Source: Podarcis gaigeae (Eukaryota). Taken from it: DNA of 64,000 nucleotides. The notes under the pieces were generated by a model, which saw only the letters and a list, made by a program, of their open reading frames with translations, made no database searches and had not been told where the DNA came from. Shown here piece by piece: positions 60,692 to 64,000 of this stretch. Position 1 is the first letter of the stretch; every line of letters begins with the position of its first letter. The stretch lies in assembly GCA_964106915.2 (NCBI GenBank), contig OZ066921.1; one strand, written 5' to 3'. Made by a program: the position numbers and the translations under genes.

Positions 60692-62389
60692 TCTATCACT
60701 TCCTTCAAATCTTTCACTAAACCCCTCCTTTTGCATAAAGCCTTTTACCACAGAGATGGGGAGCCTGATGGCCCCAGAAGTTGCTGGGCTACAACTTGTA
60801 GATTCCTTCATTGCAGGGGGTTGGACTAAATGACCCTCGGGATCCCTTCAGATTCTACAATTCTATGATTTCTGACCATTCGCTATGCTGTTTGGGGCTG
60901 ACGGGCAGCATTTAGAGGGCCCCAGACTGGTAACCCCTGCTCTATGCACTACACAAGACTGGATCCAGGGGTCATCCAATGAAGCTGAAAGGTGGGAGGT
61001 CCAAGACAGGCCAGAGAGAGTGCATCTCCATGCAGCCCACGTTGTTGACCTATTGAATTCACCGCCGCAAGATATACCAGTGACCAGCAACTTGGATGGC
61101 TTTTAAAAGGGGGATGAGACACATTCATGGAGAATCAGGTTATCAGTGACTACTAGCCACAATGGCTATATTCTCTCTCCACTCTGAATACCAAGTGTTG
61201 GGAATCGCAAGCTGGGAGAGTGTTGTTTTGCTTATCTCCTACCTGTGGGCTTCCCATAGGCATCTAGTTGGCCGCTGTGAGAACAGGATGCTCAACTAGA
61301 TGAGCCTTTGAGGGTTACCCACCCAACTAGGAGGGCTAGGATCCTGCTAACTCCAAGGCTCTCCTCCCACCCTCATCATCTCTGTGGGAGGAGGTCTCTC
61401 CTAAGTATAATGATTTCTAGCAGGAGTAGAGAAGCTTTTTCAGTTGGAGGGCCACATTAACTTCTGGACAACCTTCCAAGGGCCACATGCCAGCAGTGGG
61501 CAGAGCCGGTGGCAAATGTGAGTGGAGCAATGAATGTGAATATTTCAAGAATAGTCTAGTTTCTGCACAGAGACATTATCAGTTCAAGGGCAAATTCCAG
61601 ACCAGCCAAAAAACACTCAAGCAGGTTACAAAGGAGTGCTGGTGAGGTGATGGTGGTGGTGGGGTGTCCGGGAAGAGTTCCAAGGGCCAGATAGAGAAAC
61701 CTGGAGGGCCACATCCAGCCCCTGGGCTTGAGGTTTCCCACCCCTGATTTACTGCCACAAGACCGGTCAGCTGCCCTACATCGTCTTTGCCATTTAATAA
61801 CATGGAGAGATGAGGACAGTAAACCTTTTACGGCCTGAGGGATTTATAGCTCAGATGTAAACTGTGCCATTCCAGAAGGTCACGGGAAAGTTTCTTCCTT
61901 CAATCATTCAGCCGTCATGCTCGAATTAATTTTGCAGCGGCTGTGCTTTCCTGCAAGGGGCGAGCATTTTGCATGGAAGGCACCAGGAGCACATCCTGGA
62001 GGAGAAAAGGCCCTTCAGAACATGCCAGAACTTGAGAATGGGACGACCAGCCAAATGCATGACATGCCGCCACATGTTAGCAATGTATTGCAGTCGGAGA
62101 GAAAACCATTTCCAGCTTTCTTTATATATAGTATTGCTGGAGCAGCTCACTTCTGGCTGACTCCAACTCCCATCAGCCCCAGCCAGCAGAGACAGTGGTC
62201 AGGGATGCTGGGAATTGTTGTGCAGCAATGTCTGGAGGGCTAAGGCTAGCATCCCCTGTGGTCATTTGTGTTGCAGGTTCCCCAACCATTGGGAAGAGCC
62301 CTGGCTCATTGGTATAGCATCTGCTCTGCATGCAGAAAGCCCCAGATTCAATCTCCAGGTCAGGCTGGTCCCTGTTTGTACAGCATGAA

Positions 62390-62939
62390 TGTCAGGGCTG
62401 GAGTCAGACTCAGGTCAGCACCAAAGACGCAGGGCTCTGTTGTCAGTGAAGTTAACTCTTTAATCAAGGAAATGACATACAACTCAGCAACACTTCCCAG
62501 TAGGTCTTGCCCTTATGGAGCAGTTGCCAGGACTGGAGGTCCCTGCCTTCCAACCTTTCTATAGTTTCTCCTCTCCTGGATGTTTCCCAAGCAGTCTCAA
62601 ACAGCACCTGAGCACCTCTGACCTCTGTTCTGTTCTCCTCATTATTCTGCACATTCTTGGAGACAAAGCGGGAAGGGAGCCTGTCGCAGCAGGAGAGGTA
62701 GACTCTCTGGAGTTTTCAGCAATCCCTTGACCTCCCCCCTCTTCTGCTTCTGCCTCAGAGTTTGAACTGCTACCTGCCACCAGCTCTTCCTGCTCACTAT
62801 ACCCTGTTGCCCTTTCTGCATCTAGCTCCTCCCACCCCCACCTCTCCTCAGTGTCCCACCACCAATCCTCAGGGTCTGAGCCTTCCTGCTCTGGGGTTCC
62901 CCAGCCAGTGCCTCCCACCCCTCCTCTTTGTCCCTGACA
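62390..62939 (-). mobile_element. Probable solo LTR
   Basis: Perfect 8-bp inverted termini TGTCAGGG ... CCCTGACA, 550 bp, minus-strand ATTAAA near 62460; TSD not clean. Confidence 0.55.
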
Positions 62940-63760
62940 ATAATCGACACTAAGCTAGGTGGACCTACAGCTCTAGATGGGGAAAACTGAAAGCAGGGGT
63001 GTGGGGTTTTTTTTAAGTCACAGGTTTAAAAATGTCTATATAAAATAAAATTTAAATCACTCTGAAAGAAATTGAAGCGCTCCAAATCATTTGCCCATGC
63101 ACGTGCACATAAAATAGATCTAGCTGAAAGCCAAGATGTGGAGATCTGAAATGATTGCTGCAATGCACCCCTAATTGTTATTCTTGCACAATTATAAGAT
63201 TACTGTGTGATCTTAGAGGGTTGCATATCCTTGGAAGGGGCTGTGAGGGGGGCATGACTGGGAGTATCACGAAGGGACCCTGCACTCTTGAATTTGTCAG
63301 TATACGACTGCACTTGCACACACTGCTTTTTCAGGTGATCTGGGTAAAAGCTCCAGTAGAATTAACTGGAGCCTTGAAAAGCACACAGAAAAGCAGCCAG
63401 AGCAAATAGAATAATTACCAAGGAATTGCCATCCACCTACTTGGATGTTAAGTACCCTTGACGCTTAAGAGGAGGAAAGATTAGGAGCATCTCCATGGGG
63501 TTCCAGGGCGCTATGTCCTGCTTTGCCACCAACCATTAATCCAGCTTAATGTGTTCCCAGTCTCCAGGGTGTCGAAAAAAGCGTATGTGGGTCAGGGGAT
63601 GTTATTCCATAGATTGCAAGGAGTCTTCAGTCGAAACCTGAGAATCATAGGGCAAAGTGTTAGCAGGTAGCCTTTTGCACAGGGTCCCTAATTCCTGACA
63701 TTTCTTTTCTTTTTTTAAAGAAGCGACAGCACCATCCTAACCATGTCTAGTCACAAGTAG

Positions 63761-63947
63761 GGGGACAGGCTCAGGGGTAAAGGCCATGTTTTGCATGCAG
63801 AAGGTCCTTGGTTCAATCCCCAGCATCTCCAGGTAGGGCTAGGAAAGACTCCCTGTCTGAAACCCTGGACAGCCTCTGGCGGTCAGTGTAGACAATACTC
63901 AGCTTGATGGGCCAATGGTCTGATTCAGTATAGGGCAGCTCCCTATG
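63761..63947 (+). mobile_element. tRNA(Ala)-derived SINE with CR1-like 3' end
   Basis: Head ...TTTGCATGCAGAAGGTCCTTGGTTCAATCCCCAGCATCTCCA; further copies at ~42900-43086, ~52597-52772, ~38190-38338, ~19905-20075, ~12290-12440, ~49507-49658 (all -). Confidence 0.7.
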
Positions 63948-64000
63948 CTAGGCCACCTCCAGGACTGAGGATTAGTGTCCTTGATGCTATCAGAAGTCAC

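Noticed and set aside
63761-63832. tRNA-Ala-like sequence
   Set aside because: Degenerate and continuous with a multi-copy SINE body
46800-64000. COTL1 or another gene expected from synteny upstream of MEAK7
   Set aside because: I found no COTL1-like peptide or exon chain; it probably lies beyond the window end

Overview
Vertebrate genomic DNA, almost certainly from a squamate and probably a lacertid lizard (inferred from Sauria/Squam1-type and Squam3-type SINEs). It holds two convergent multi-exon genes. (1) ATP2C2 (SPCA2, secretory-pathway Ca2+/Mn2+ P-type ATPase), + strand: 26 coding exons (orthologous exons 2-27) from 1948 to 29124 splice into an uninterrupted 2745-nt frame (914 aa + stop); the start exon is not visible and probably lies upstream of the window. 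(2) MEAK7 (TLDC1), - strand: complete 7-exon CDS from 43480 to 35166 (1413 nt, 470 aa), with a CpG-island promoter and probable non-coding first exon near 46.0-46.3 kb. I found no recognisable protein-coding gene in the last ~17 kb. Introns and intergenic DNA are dense with SINEs, CR1/L1/L2 fragments, hAT and Tc1/mariner MITEs, two probable solo LTRs and microsatellites. Most short ORFs in the track are spurious. I see no new multi-gene system. The best leads are regulatory: two consensus DR5 retinoic-acid elements ~100 bp apart at 57.9 kb, an in-frame MRRRR* uORF ahead of the myristoylated MEAK7 start, a GC-AG intron, and a homopolymer-dependent tandem acceptor in MEAK7. Gene and repeat names come from recall of the families, not from a database search.
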